Below the pieces are notes generated by a model. The model searched no databases. It was not told the origin of the DNA and was given only the letters and a program-made list of their open reading frames with translations. Shown one piece after another: positions 18,485-29,989 of a stretch of 64,000 bases of DNA. The position numbers and the translations under genes are program-made. Position 1 is the first letter of the stretch. Each line of letters opens with the position of its first letter. The stretch is from Gemmatimonadales bacterium (lineage in GTDB: Bacteria > Gemmatimonadota > Gemmatimonadetes > Gemmatimonadales > JACORV01), in contig JAUYOW010000135.1 of the NCBI GenBank assembly GCA_030697825.1, positions 8,556 through 72,555 on the forward strand, in the 5' to 3' direction.

Positions 18485-20542
18485 TCAAGAGATGCGCGCG
18501 CTCCCGAGCAGGGCGATGGCGGCGTCTCCGGGGATGGGCTCCGAGAAGAGGAATCCCTGGACGTGGGCGCACCCGATCGCGCGGAGCAGCGCGAGCTGCT
18601 CCTCGGTCTCGACTCCTTCCGCGATCACGTCGATGCCGAGGTTGCGCGCCAGCGTCACGATCGTCCGGATGATCTCCGAGTTCTCGCCGCGCAGGCCCAG
18701 GTTGCTCACGAACGAGCGGTCGATCTTGAGAGTGTCGATCTGGAAGCGGTGGAGGTAGCTGAGGGAGGAGTACCCGGTGCCGAAGTCGTCCATGTGGAGC
18801 TGCACGTTGAGCGCGCGGAGGCGAGCCAGCATCGACACCGCCGACTCGGCGTTCTCGACGATGACGCTCTCCGTGATCTCGAGCTGGAGCGTGTGCGCGT
18901 CGAGACCGGTCTCCTTCAGGATGAGCGCGATCTGGTCTACCAAGTCCGGCTGGAGCAGCTGCTTGGCGGAGAGGTTGACGCTCATGGCGAGGGGATGCTC
19001 AGGGCCGGCCAGCTGCTGCCAGACCTTGATCTGGCGGCATGCCTCGCGGAGCACCCACAGCCCCAGGGGGACTATCATACCGGTCTGCTCCGCCACCGGG
19101 ATGAACGAGGCCGGTTGCACCAGGCCCCGCTGCGGGTGCTGCCAGCGCGCCAGCGCCTCGAAACCGACGATCTTGCCCGACCTCATCGAGACTATCGGCT
19201 GGTAGTGGAGGAGGAACTCGTCGCGCTCGAGCGCTCGCCGGAGGTCCGTCTCCAGCTGCAGCATTGCCACGGCGTGCTTATGCATCTCAACCTGGAAGAC
19301 CTCGTGGCGCGCCCCGCCCTGCTCCTTGGCGCGGTACATCGCCAGGTCGGCGTCGCGCAGGAAGTCCTCGGGCCGGTCGTAGCCCGCCACCGAGAGCGCG
19401 ATCCCGATACTGGCGCTCCCGAACACCTCCTGCGTGCCCAGGACGAACGGCTGCTTCAGCTCGTTCTCGATACGGTCGGCCACGCGGATGGCGTCGCCGA
19501 CGTCGTGGATGTCGTCGAGGAAGAGGGCGAACTCGTCGCCGCCCAGGCGGGCCGCGGTGTCGCCGGGCCGGACGCAACGCTCGAGGCGACGCGCGATCGC
19601 CGTCAACAACTGGTCTCCCGTGGAGTAGCCGAGGCTCTCGTTGACCAGCTTGAATCGGTCGATGTCGAGCACCACTACCGCGTAGGCGTAATCCTCCCGC
19701 CGTTTCCCGCGGCCGATGGACCGCGCCACCAGGTCGCGGAACAGCGCGCGATTGGCCAGCCCGGTCAGCTCGTCACGGATCGCAAGGTGGAGGAGCTGCT
19801 CCTCGGCCGCCTTGCGCTCGGTGATATCGCGGTAGATGCCGTAGACGGCCATCCGCCCCATGGGACCCACGATGGGAGTGCCGAGGATCGAGACGTCCAC
19901 CAGGCGGCCGTCCTTGCGCTGCCGCACCGTCTCGTAGCTGACGGTCTCGCCTTCGGTCACTCTGCGGGTCAGCGACGCGGCCTCCTCGGCGAGATGCGCC
20001 GGCGCGATCAGGTCGTTGATCCGCCGGCCCACGGCCTCCTCCGGCGTGTACCCGAACATCCGCGTGAAGTAGGCGTTCACCCGCTGGACGACGTCGTCGT
20101 TGTCGAGGAGGACGATCGCCTCGGGCGCGTTCTCCACCAGTTGGTCGAGGTGCGCCCGCTCCCGCCCCAGCTCCGCCGCGACGCGCCGGTGGTCGCTGAT
20201 CACCCGCTGCACCACCAGCACCGACGCGAGGACGAGCACGCTGACAGGGAGCGACCACCAGCTCGGCGCCTCGCTCAGGGTGTGCGCAAGCAGGAGGAGG
20301 ACGAGCGCGCCCAGGATCCCGATTCGCCAGTCGCGAAGCCGCAATACCAGCAGCACGCACCGCAAAAGGGCGACCAGCCCGATTGCCACGGCTACCAATT
20401 GGAGGACGTTCAAGGGAGGCGGGCGCGCCCGGGTGGACGCACCCGCCGCGGCAGCGCGGAGGACGACCGTCTCGACCTTCGACCGCGAAGTTCGCTCATT
20501 GTCCGGTCGGCTCGTGGGGGGTGCGCCGGTATGCGGGCGCAT
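18485..20542 (-). CDS. Membrane-anchored PAS-GGDEF-EAL protein (c-di-GMP turnover); start uncertain (20542 chosen, track start 20662)
   Basis: TM helices, PAS-like region, GGDEF motif (RLGGDEFALF) and EAL domain (...FEALARW..., ...LEITES..., DDFGTGYSSLSYL). Confidence 0.85.
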   Translation of the reverse strand: MRPHTGAPPTSRPDNERTSRSKVETVVLRAAAAGASTRARPPPLNVLQLVAVAIGLVALLRCVLLVLRLRDWRIGILGALVLLLLAHTLSEAPSWWSLPVSVLVLASVLVVQRVISDHRRVAAELGRERAHLDQLVENAPEAIVLLDNDDVVQRVNAYFTRMFGYTPEEAVGRRINDLIAPAHLAEEAASLTRRVTEGETVSYETVRQRKDGRLVDVSILGTPIVGPMGRMAVYGIYRDITERKAAEEQLLHLAIRDELTGLANRALFRDLVARSIGRGKRREDYAYAVVVLDIDRFKLVNESLGYSTGDQLLTAIARRLERCVRPGDTAARLGGDEFALFLDDIHDVGDAIRVADRIENELKQPFVLGTQEVFGSASIGIALSVAGYDRPEDFLRDADLAMYRAKEQGGARHEVFQVEMHKHAVAMLQLETDLRRALERDEFLLHYQPIVSMRSGKIVGFEALARWQHPQRGLVQPASFIPVAEQTGMIVPLGLWVLREACRQIKVWQQLAGPEHPLAMSVNLSAKQLLQPDLVDQIALILKETGLDAHTLQLEITESVIVENAESAVSMLARLRALNVQLHMDDFGTGYSSLSYLHRFQIDTLKIDRSFVSNLGLRGENSEIIRTIVTLARNLGIDVIAEGVETEEQLALLRAIGCAHVQGFLFSEPIPGDAAIALLGSARIS

Positions 20543-20641
20543 CGCCAAGCTATGAAAGCCGCCACCGGAGTCAAGAGTCGGCGCCGGACTTTGTAATGCA
20601 AAGTACTTGACGACATCCTCAGCGCTCGCTACGTTGGGGCC

Positions 20642-21256
20642 ATGGCAACCGCTCCGGCCCACCGGCCCGATGCGCTCGAATCACCCGCGCTCTCCGAGCG
20701 CGCGATGGACAACCTCCGCTACATCCGCGGCACCATGGAGCAGGCCAGCGTCTTCACCGCGGTCCCGGGATGGGGCGGTGTGGTCATGGGGGTCACGGCC
20801 CTGGGGGCCGCGGCGATCGCCTCGCGGCAGGCCAGTGACCGCGCCTGGCTCAGCACCTGGCTCGCGGAAGCGGTGCTCGCTTGCGCCATCGCGGGGTGGG
20901 CTCTGGCGCGGAAGTCGCGCGCGGTGGACTCTCCCCTGCTCTCCGGGCCGGGACGGAAGTTCGCGCTGGCGTTCGCGCCGCCGGTCGTCGTCGGCGCACT
21001 GCTCACCGCCTCGCTGGCGCGGCATGGGCTCTTCCCTGCCATGCCGGGAGTCTGGCTCCTCTGCTACGGCGCGGGCGTGGTGACCGGCGGCGCCTTCTCG
21101 GTGCGCGTGGTGCCGGTGATGGGGCTCTGCTTCATGCTGCTGGGCGCCCTCGCGCTGTTCGTGCCCACCGCCTGGCGCGACGCGCCGATGGCCCTGGGCT
21201 TCGGCGTCCTCCAGATCGCGTTTGGCCTCGTCATCGCGCGGAGGCACGGTGGCTAG
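20642..21256 (+). CDS. Hypothetical integral membrane protein
   Basis: 204 aa with about 5 TM helices. Sits immediately upstream of a wHTH regulator. Confidence 0.55.
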   Translation: MATAPAHRPDALESPALSERAMDNLRYIRGTMEQASVFTAVPGWGGVVMGVTALGAAAIASRQASDRAWLSTWLAEAVLACAIAGWALARKSRAVDSPLLSGPGRKFALAFAPPVVVGALLTASLARHGLFPAMPGVWLLCYGAGVVTGGAFSVRVVPVMGLCFMLLGALALFVPTAWRDAPMALGFGVLQIAFGLVIARRHGG

Positions 21257-21266
21257 GGGCAGCGCG

Positions 21267-21644
21267 GTGCCAAGCGACCGGAACTCCCGCTCCCGGCCCC
21301 CCGAGGGCGCGGTCCTCAAGGCGGAGCGGGGCCGGGCCGCCCAGCAGGCGTCGCAGGGGCTCGACCGGCTCATCCACGAGCGCATGCGCCTCGGCATCGT
21401 GAGCGCGCTCGCCGTGAACGAATCGCTGAGCTTCAACGACCTCAAGCGCCTCATGAAGACCACCGACGGCAACCTCAGCGTGCACGCGCGCAAGCTGGAA
21501 GACGCGCTGTACATCAGCTGCACGAAGCGGTTCGACGGGCGGCTCCCCAAGACCGAGTACCGTCTCACGGCGGCTGGACGCCGTGCCCTCGAGCGCTACC
21601 TCGACCACATGGAGGCGCTGATCCGCGCCACCCGCGAAGGCTGA
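21267..21644 (+). CDS. Winged-helix transcriptional regulator (ArsR/MarR-like, HTH_34-type); alternative start 21222
   Basis: LDRLIHERMRLGIVSALAVNESLSFNDLKRLMKTTDGNLSVHARKLEDALYISCTKRF...EYRLTAAGRRALERYLDHMEALI is a typical small wHTH regulator. Confidence 0.65.
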   Translation: MPSDRNSRSRPPEGAVLKAERGRAAQQASQGLDRLIHERMRLGIVSALAVNESLSFNDLKRLMKTTDGNLSVHARKLEDALYISCTKRFDGRLPKTEYRLTAAGRRALERYLDHMEALIRATREG

Positions 21645-21668
21645 GCGTAATCGGCCACCGCTCTTTTT

Positions 21669-22421
21669 TTGAGGAGTAGCTTTGTGACACAAAGCGCTTT
21701 ACACGTCGCCATCATCATGGATGGCAACGGCCGCTGGGCCACCCATCGCGGCCGCCCGCGCGCCCTCGGCCATCACGCCGGGGCGAAGGCGGTGCGGCGG
21801 ATCGTGGAGGCCGCGCCGGACCTCGGGATCACCACGCTCACGCTGTACGCGTTCTCCGGCGACAATTGGAGCCGACCGCCCGGCGAAGTCACCGCCCTGA
21901 TGCTGCTCTTCCTCAAGTACCTGAGGTCGGAGACGGCTACGTTCGTCGCCAACGGCATCCGCCTCTCCGTCATCGGCCGGCGCGACCGCATCCCGCCCGA
22001 AGTGCGCCGGGCGATCAGCGCGACGGAAGCGGCGACCGCGGCGGGGCGCGCGCTGCACCTGCGCATCGCCATCGACTACTCCGCGCGCGACGCGATCATC
22101 GGCGCGACGGCCCGCGCCGTGGAGGAGGCCCGCGCCGGCAACGGCGCTGGAACTCCCCCGCTCACCCGCGAGTCGTTCGCGCGATTACTGGGAGACGCGA
22201 CGCACGCCTTCGAGCCCGCGGCGGACGTGGACCTCCTGATCCGCACCGGCGCCGAGCAGCGGCTCAGCGACTTCCTGCTGTGGGAGTGCGCCTACGCGGA
22301 GCTGACGTTCAGCAGGAAGATGTGGCCCGACTACACGGCCGCGGACCTCGCCGCCGCGCTCGATGAGTTCAGCGGGCGCGAGCGTCGCTTCGGCGGGATA
22401 GGGAGGTTCGCGGCGGGATGA
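21669..22421 (+). CDS. uppS: Isoprenyl transferase / undecaprenyl-diphosphate synthase
   Basis: 250 aa. [23 protein letters not shown], ...[26 protein letters not shown]... are hallmark cis-prenyltransferase motifs. Confidence 0.9.
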   Translation: MRSSFVTQSALHVAIIMDGNGRWATHRGRPRALGHHAGAKAVRRIVEAAPDLGITTLTLYAFSGDNWSRPPGEVTALMLLFLKYLRSETATFVANGIRLSVIGRRDRIPPEVRRAISATEAATAAGRALHLRIAIDYSARDAIIGATARAVEEARAGNGAGTPPLTRESFARLLGDATHAFEPAADVDLLIRTGAEQRLSDFLLWECAYAELTFSRKMWPDYTAADLAAALDEFSGRERRFGGIGRFAAG

Positions 22422-22482
22422 TGAGCGACCATGTCGCCGCCGGCCCGAACCACAGCGCTCGCACGTGTTAGGCTACCCCATT

Positions 22483-22725
22483 TCACGCGAGGTCAGCCAG
22501 ACGGACACCGCGGCCGCGCCGCAGCGCCTCTCGTGCCCCAGCGACCTGCTCGAGGAACTCGGGATGGTGTTCCAAGCGGTACTCGAACCAGGCCTCCTCG
22601 GTGTCGAATCCGATCAGCACGCCAGCCGGGCGCCCGTGCTTCGTAATCACGATCTCCTCTCCTGCCGCCTGTCGCAGATACCGAGAGAAATCGTCCTTAA
22701 CTCGCGCCAGCGCCACCTTCTTCAT
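22483..22725 (-). CDS. Type II antitoxin, Phd/YefM family
   Basis: 80 aa. MKKVALARVKDDFSRYLRQAAGEEIVITKHGRPAGVLIGFD... is the classic Phd/YefM N-terminus. It lies downstream of, and overlaps by 29 nt, a RelE/ParE-like ORF. Confidence 0.8.
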   Translation of the reverse strand: MKKVALARVKDDFSRYLRQAAGEEIVITKHGRPAGVLIGFDTEEAWFEYRLEHHPEFLEQVAGAREALRRGRGVRLADLA

Positions 22726-23014
22726 CGGGCGTTCCCTCCTCTTTTAGCCAGGTCTCCGCCTGCGCCTTCGTCACGATGGCGAGAACCTCGACCCGCTTCT
22801 CCCCGACGTCGTAAAACACTCGTATATCCCCGACGCGCAATCGAAACTGCGGCTGCGCCAGTCCGCGGAGGCGCTTGATGCGACTCTTGCTAACGCGCGT
22901 GGGCTGGTGGGACAAGTGCCGGTCCATGGCATCCCGCACGACCGCCCGCAGGTTGGCCTTGAGCGCTCGGTACTGAGCCACCGCAGTTGGGGCGAGGATG
23001 ACCTCGTACGCCAT
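22697..23014 (-). CDS. Type II toxin, RelE/ParE superfamily (toxin-first gene order)
   Basis: 105 aa. ...RIKRLRGLAQPQFRLRVGDIRVFYDVGEKRVEVLAIVTK... matches the RelE/ParE core (YRLRVGDYRVIY...V.I..I..R). Confidence 0.75.
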   Translation of the reverse strand: MAYEVILAPTAVAQYRALKANLRAVVRDAMDRHLSHQPTRVSKSRIKRLRGLAQPQFRLRVGDIRVFYDVGEKRVEVLAIVTKAQAETWLKEEGTPDEEGGAGAS

Positions 23015-23073
23015 TCTGGCCAGAAGATAGCTACACTAGGATGGCCGGGCAAGGGGAGCCGGCGAACGGGGCA

Positions 23074-23299
23074 GCCTAACGAACAGGGTTTAGCTGCGGG
23101 CCGGCGCGTTGGCCGCGCTGGCCCCGCGTTACGCCGCCACAGCTCGCGAACCCAACATGCCAGCGCGGCCAGCCGGCCTCGTCAGCTACAACCCGAGCCT
23201 GTGCGAAAACACCGTTCTGAGCACCCCTAAGTTGTTGATTTACAACGCTGCCACTGCTGCCAAAGTGGCGTTTTCACACAGGCTCACCCGTAGTTAGGC
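23074..23299 (-). other. attC-like recombination site (R'' GCCTAAC ... R' GTTAGGC) interrupted by a 91-bp palindromic insertion
   Basis: GCCTAAC starts 1 nt after the ParE stop and GTTAGGC ends the site. Inner stem arms 23159-23194 / 23086-23122 are homologous to the site at 42364-42489. Confidence 0.5.
23195..23285. mobile_element. MITE-like 91-bp element with 19-bp terminal inverted repeats, flanked by a 4-bp direct repeat ACCC
   Basis: TIRs gagcctgtgcgaaaacacc (23195-213) and ggcgttttcacacaggctc (23267-285), 17/19 complementary. ACCC at 23191-94 and 23286-89. The interior is AT-richer than the surroundings. Confidence 0.4.
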
Positions 23300-23300
23300 G

Positions 23301-23594
23301 TTACAGGCGACTCTGCCACTCGCGCGGATCCCGACGCGCATGCAGAACTGCTAGAATCGCAATGCGCCCCGGTGTCGGCACGTAGTAGACGGAGAACGGA
23401 AAGCGGCGCAACCTTGCGCGGCGTGCATCTGGGGCGACCAGTTGATAGCCCTGAGGCATGCGTTGAATGAGGCCGAAGCAGACATCGACAGCACGCAAGA
23501 ACTCGGTGCCTAGCCCCGCAGCGCGGGTTTCGTACCACTCGGCAGCGAGCAGCATGTCCGTTTCGGCCGCTGCCCGGATCAGAAGGGTGGGCAT
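23301..23594 (-). CDS. Type II toxin, ParE/RelE family
   Basis: 97 aa. ...AAEWYETRAAGLGTEFLRAVD...RRARLRRFPFSVYYV...RIAILAVLHARRDPREW is a typical ParE-like toxin. Confidence 0.8.
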   Translation of the reverse strand: MPTLLIRAAAETDMLLAAEWYETRAAGLGTEFLRAVDVCFGLIQRMPQGYQLVAPDARRARLRRFPFSVYYVPTPGRIAILAVLHARRDPREWQSRL

Positions 23595-23810
23595 TTACCT
23601 GATGAGCTTGTACAGCCGCTCGCGTACCTGTTCCCAAGGAATGCCTGCTTCAGGGTGAGCGCGGTAGTCTGCCAGTCGCCGCTCGAGCTCTTGGAGATGC
23701 CACTCGGGGACTGGGATTTGCTCGTCGTCGATGCTATCCCAGAGATCCTCCACGAGCTGGAGGCGCTCCGGGACAGACAGGTGGCTGAAATCCATGAGTT
23801 TGGGTGCCAT
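23595..23810 (-). CDS. Addiction-module antitoxin (putative addiction module component family)
   Basis: 71 aa. LSVPERLQLVEDLWDSI...WHLQELERRLADYRAHPEAGIPWEQVRERL is the signature of this small antitoxin family. Its stop abuts the ParE start. Confidence 0.75.
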   Translation of the reverse strand: MAPKLMDFSHLSVPERLQLVEDLWDSIDDEQIPVPEWHLQELERRLADYRAHPEAGIPWEQVRERLYKLIR

Positions 23811-24085
23811 GGGCTCAATCTGGTGGGCGGACTGCCGGCTGGCAAGTGACGCAGATCCGAGACCGCATGGCCGGGACCATGTCCGTTCGGGTGGCTTCCT
23901 CTGTGACGCCTAACTTGTAGTTTACCCTACTTGTCTTCCAGTCCGGGGCGACGTTCGCGTGATAGCTCGGCCTACGCCGTGCTTATGCGACAAACCGGCG
24001 TATAACTCGGCCCGCAACAATACGACGCCCCGCCCCAACCCGCCAGCCGGCCGGCCAGCGGCGACGCACTAGAACCAGGACCGGG

Positions 24086-24661
24086 CTATGCCCTCGGCCA
24101 GAGCCAGCCGAAGCACCCTGCCGTCAGCAGCCCGTAAGCCACGCCGTCCACGGCGCCGAGCCAGAAGCTCCTCCACGGCCGCCCGAACCAGATCGACTCC
24201 GGCACCGTCCCGAAGACATAGGACATGACCGCCACCGTGCCGATCACCCGAAATACCGCGAGGTAGTCGGCCCCGCTGTCCAGCCCGGAGTGCCGCGCCA
24301 CGTATGCGACGAAGATCGAGACGATGAGGAAGAAGACGAACTGCTGGCCCATCATCTTGCCCATGTTCATCGGTCCCCTGGGCCAGATCGTCACCGTCCC
24401 GGACGGCCCTTCCGCCCACCGCTTCATGGCCTCAGGCGACCGGCGCTCCTTGGGATCCTCGACCCACGGGATCATGTACTGACCGGCCGCCGGGGCGCTC
24501 TTCTTGAGCGCATCCATCACGCCGTCCTGTCCCGGGAGCCCCAACCATTCGCTCTTGTGGTGCGGCATCACGGTCCAGGCCAGCGCCGAGGCAACGAACG
24601 CCAGGAACGCCGACAACAGGATGGGTGCCCACAGGACGCCGATGAACCCGACGTACGTCAT
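24086..24661 (-). CDS. Hypothetical integral membrane protein
   Basis: 191 aa. An N-terminal TM, a soluble loop, then 3 TM helices. No family recognised. Confidence 0.55.
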   Translation of the reverse strand: MTYVGFIGVLWAPILLSAFLAFVASALAWTVMPHHKSEWLGLPGQDGVMDALKKSAPAAGQYMIPWVEDPKERRSPEAMKRWAEGPSGTVTIWPRGPMNMGKMMGQQFVFFLIVSIFVAYVARHSGLDSGADYLAVFRVIGTVAVMSYVFGTVPESIWFGRPWRSFWLGAVDGVAYGLLTAGCFGWLWPRA

Positions 24662-24821
24662 TGGAAGCCTCCGGATTGGGTGCGGGACCGGCCAAGCTTG
24701 ATGCCAGGCCCGGGAAGCGTCAAGGCTGACGTGACACTGGTCACACCCTTAACGCCCCGGCCTGGGTACGGTCTAATCGCTCGGAGTCATCACTCGGGCA
24801 CATTTCGAAAGGGGTTCACGT

Positions 24822-25748
24822 ATGGGCAGGAGACTGGCGTTTCCGTTCCTGGGCATGGCGTTGGCACTCTGGGCCTGCAGCGACAACACGGGTCCGGGGA
24901 GCACCACCTCTCAGGAACAGCTGGAGGTCCAGGCGGCGATGGACGCATCCGGCCTGGCCGACGAGGACTTCGGCGAGTTGGGCGCCGTGGCGGACTTCTC
25001 GGTCTCGGCGTTCAACCTCGGCCTCGACCTCTCGCCCGCGACGGACACGGTTCGCGCACCCCGCTTCTGGGGCCGTCGCCGTGGGCGGCCGGTCCGAGTG
25101 GTCCGCGACGTGGTCGTCACCGGCGACACGGCCCGCGCCACCATCAGCCGCAGCTTCCAGGGCACCTTCTTCCTCCGCCTGGGGGCCGACAGCACGGCGG
25201 CGGCTACTACCAAGCCGCTGAACGAGACGTTGGTCCAGCGCGCGGTCCTGGTGAGAGTGCCGAGGGATTCAGTTGTGGCAGGCGACTCCCTCAAGTGGCA
25301 GCTGGTCGCCCTGTCGCCGCAGGAGTACCGTGCGACGAGCGAAGTGGACCGAACCGTGCGCATCACCCGAGTGACGGTGTCGGTGAACGGCCAGGTGAAG
25401 ATCGACATCACCGACCCGCAGGCGCTCTACCGGGTGAACAACCAGGTCCCCCGGCTCGCGCTGGGCGACACGGTGCGGGTGGCCGCCGAGGTCACGAACA
25501 CGACGGGCGGCGACAACTTCCCGGCGACGTTCGTCTACCTGCACATCGACCGTGCGGACTCGACGCAGCGGTGGCGGCGCGAGCGGATGCTGCCCACACC
25601 GAACGGCGCTTTCGTCAGGACGTGGGTGGTAAGGTTGGGTGGCCGCGCCCGCTTCGCGGTTGACGCGCTCGATGCGGGGACGTTCACCACAGCGACCAGT
25701 GATGACTATCGGGCTAACATCTGGGCTGTACCATTCAGGATCGAGTGA
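24822..25748 (+). CDS. Hypothetical lipoprotein
   Basis: 308 aa. Lipobox ...ALALWAC followed by SDNTGPG. No family recognised. Confidence 0.6.
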   Translation: MGRRLAFPFLGMALALWACSDNTGPGSTTSQEQLEVQAAMDASGLADEDFGELGAVADFSVSAFNLGLDLSPATDTVRAPRFWGRRRGRPVRVVRDVVVTGDTARATISRSFQGTFFLRLGADSTAAATTKPLNETLVQRAVLVRVPRDSVVAGDSLKWQLVALSPQEYRATSEVDRTVRITRVTVSVNGQVKIDITDPQALYRVNNQVPRLALGDTVRVAAEVTNTTGGDNFPATFVYLHIDRADSTQRWRRERMLPTPNGAFVRTWVVRLGGRARFAVDALDAGTFTTATSDDYRANIWAVPFRIE

Positions 25749-25852
25749 TGAGTGATGGGTGAGGAGTGATGCGTGATGAGTGATGGGGCACGATGCGCAT
25801 TCCCCATCACTCATCACCTCTCACATATCACCCATCACCCATCACGCCTCAC
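25745..25852. repeat. Inverted arrays of GTGATGR heptads with a perfect 16-bp hairpin core; probable bidirectional terminator between convergent genes
   Basis: gtgatgagtgatgggg (25773-88) / ccccatcactcatcac (25802-17) with a 13-nt loop. Both arms extend as degenerate heptad repeats into the stop codons of both genes. Confidence 0.7.
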
Positions 25853-27150
25853 CTTCTCAACATCACTCTCACCGAATCCAGACTCCCATCATTCGGCGCC
25901 GGGCGAAGCCCGAGCACCGCACAAATCAGCTCATAGACGTGGACGTTCTGGAACGGCTCGACGACGAGCCCGCGCTGGAACGCCGGGCCTGCCGCGATGA
26001 AGATGGCGCGCATGGCCGGGTCGGCGTTGTCGTAACCGTGAGATCCGCCCTGGAGCCGCCGGCGGTTGCGGGCGTACCAATCCCGGGTCGTGAAGGTCCA
26101 GCCGTCCTCCGCCACACCCACCACGTCGGTGATCCGGGGGTTGTCCCGGTAGTGCCACCGTGCGGGCGTTTCGGCGCGACGGTAGAACCGGACGTGCGGC
26201 CCGGCGTTGGCCAGCGCGCGGGCCAGCGGTTCCGCGGGGGCGGTCCGGGACCTGAGTGACACGAAGGGACCGAGACTGACCTGGTCCACGGCGGCCGGAT
26301 CGAAAGAGTCGTCGAGGAACACCACGCGCTCCGGGCTGGTCTGGGCCATTCCGTGGTCGGACACCACGATCAGGTTGACCATGTCGCTCAGCCCGCGGGC
26401 CTCCAATCCGCTCACCAGGAGCCCGACGAGACTGTCCACCGTGCGCACGGCCCTCAGCGTTTCCGGTGACTCCGGGCCGTTCTCGTGACCGAAGTGGTCC
26501 ACCTCGCTGAAGTAGAGCGTGAGGAATGCGGGCCTCTGAAAGTCGGGGAGATCGAGCCAGCGCAGCACTTCGGCGACGCGCTCCCCTCCCGGTACCCGCC
26601 CGTCGAACTTCTTCCAGTAAGTGGGACGCAGGCCCGCGATCTCCACGTCGCTGCCCGGCCAGAAGTAGGCCGCACTCCGCCTCCCTTGCCGGGTGGCGGT
26701 GTTCCACAGCGGCTCGCCGCCCCACCAGCGGGTCTGCCACGCGCTCGAGGAGTCCGAGTACAGGAACCGGGCGCCGTCGGCCGGATCCACCATGCGGTTC
26801 CCGACGATGCCGTGATGCTCGGGGTAGAGCCCGGTGACCATGGAGTAGTGGTTGGGGAACGTGACCGTCGGGACGACCGGCACCATCCAGCGTGCGCGCA
26901 CTCCGCGCGCCATCAGCCGATCGAGGTTTGGCGTCGGCGTGCGGCCGAAGTAGTCCCAGCGGAAACCGTCGAGCGAGATCAGGATGACGGTGGGCGCGAG
27001 CCGCTCACCCTGCGCCGCGCGCGTCTGGCGCGGGCCGGCGCAGGCGACCACAGTGCCCACCAGTATCGCGATCGCGATCCACGTCCGTTTGACACGGTCC
27101 CGCCCCAGACCCACGTTGGCCCCCTTCGGCGACCCCAACGATGATATCAT
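25849..27150 (-). CDS. Ectonucleotide pyrophosphatase/phosphodiesterase (NPP, alkaline-phosphatase superfamily)
   Basis: 433 aa. ...ILISLDGFRWDY..., PTVTFPNHYSMVTGLYPEHHGIV, ...DHFGHENGP..., VVSDHGM..., GSHGYDN are hallmark NPP motifs. Confidence 0.85.
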   Translation of the reverse strand: MISSLGSPKGANVGLGRDRVKRTWIAIAILVGTVVACAGPRQTRAAQGERLAPTVILISLDGFRWDYFGRTPTPNLDRLMARGVRARWMVPVVPTVTFPNHYSMVTGLYPEHHGIVGNRMVDPADGARFLYSDSSSAWQTRWWGGEPLWNTATRQGRRSAAYFWPGSDVEIAGLRPTYWKKFDGRVPGGERVAEVLRWLDLPDFQRPAFLTLYFSEVDHFGHENGPESPETLRAVRTVDSLVGLLVSGLEARGLSDMVNLIVVSDHGMAQTSPERVVFLDDSFDPAAVDQVSLGPFVSLRSRTAPAEPLARALANAGPHVRFYRRAETPARWHYRDNPRITDVVGVAEDGWTFTTRDWYARNRRRLQGGSHGYDNADPAMRAIFIAAGPAFQRGLVVEPFQNVHVYELICAVLGLRPAPNDGSLDSVRVMLRR

Positions 27151-27187
27151 CCGCGATGCGCTGCGGCCGATGTGACGTGAGCCTCTC

Positions 27188-29989
<2,802 letters not shown>

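Larger units (their letters stand above)
22467..23914 (-). mobile_element. Candidate integrase-less integron cassette array (two toxin-antitoxin cassettes bounded by GTTAGGC / GCCTAAC core-like sites)
   Basis: Read on the minus strand the layout is: GTTAGGC (23914-08), antitoxin + ParE, GCCTAAC (23299-93) ... GTTAGGC (23080-74), RelE + Phd, GCCTAAC (22473-67). Composition is lower-GC than the flanks. Confidence 0.5.

Noticed and set aside
18449-20596. 715-aa ORF on the + strand
   Set aside because: It is antisense to the PAS-GGDEF-EAL gene and has shadow-ORF composition.
24731-24744. Palindrome GTGAC-ACTG-GTCAC in the divergent promoter region at 24662-24821
   Set aside because: The arms are only 5 bp. 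It is a plausible operator but cannot be distinguished from chance.
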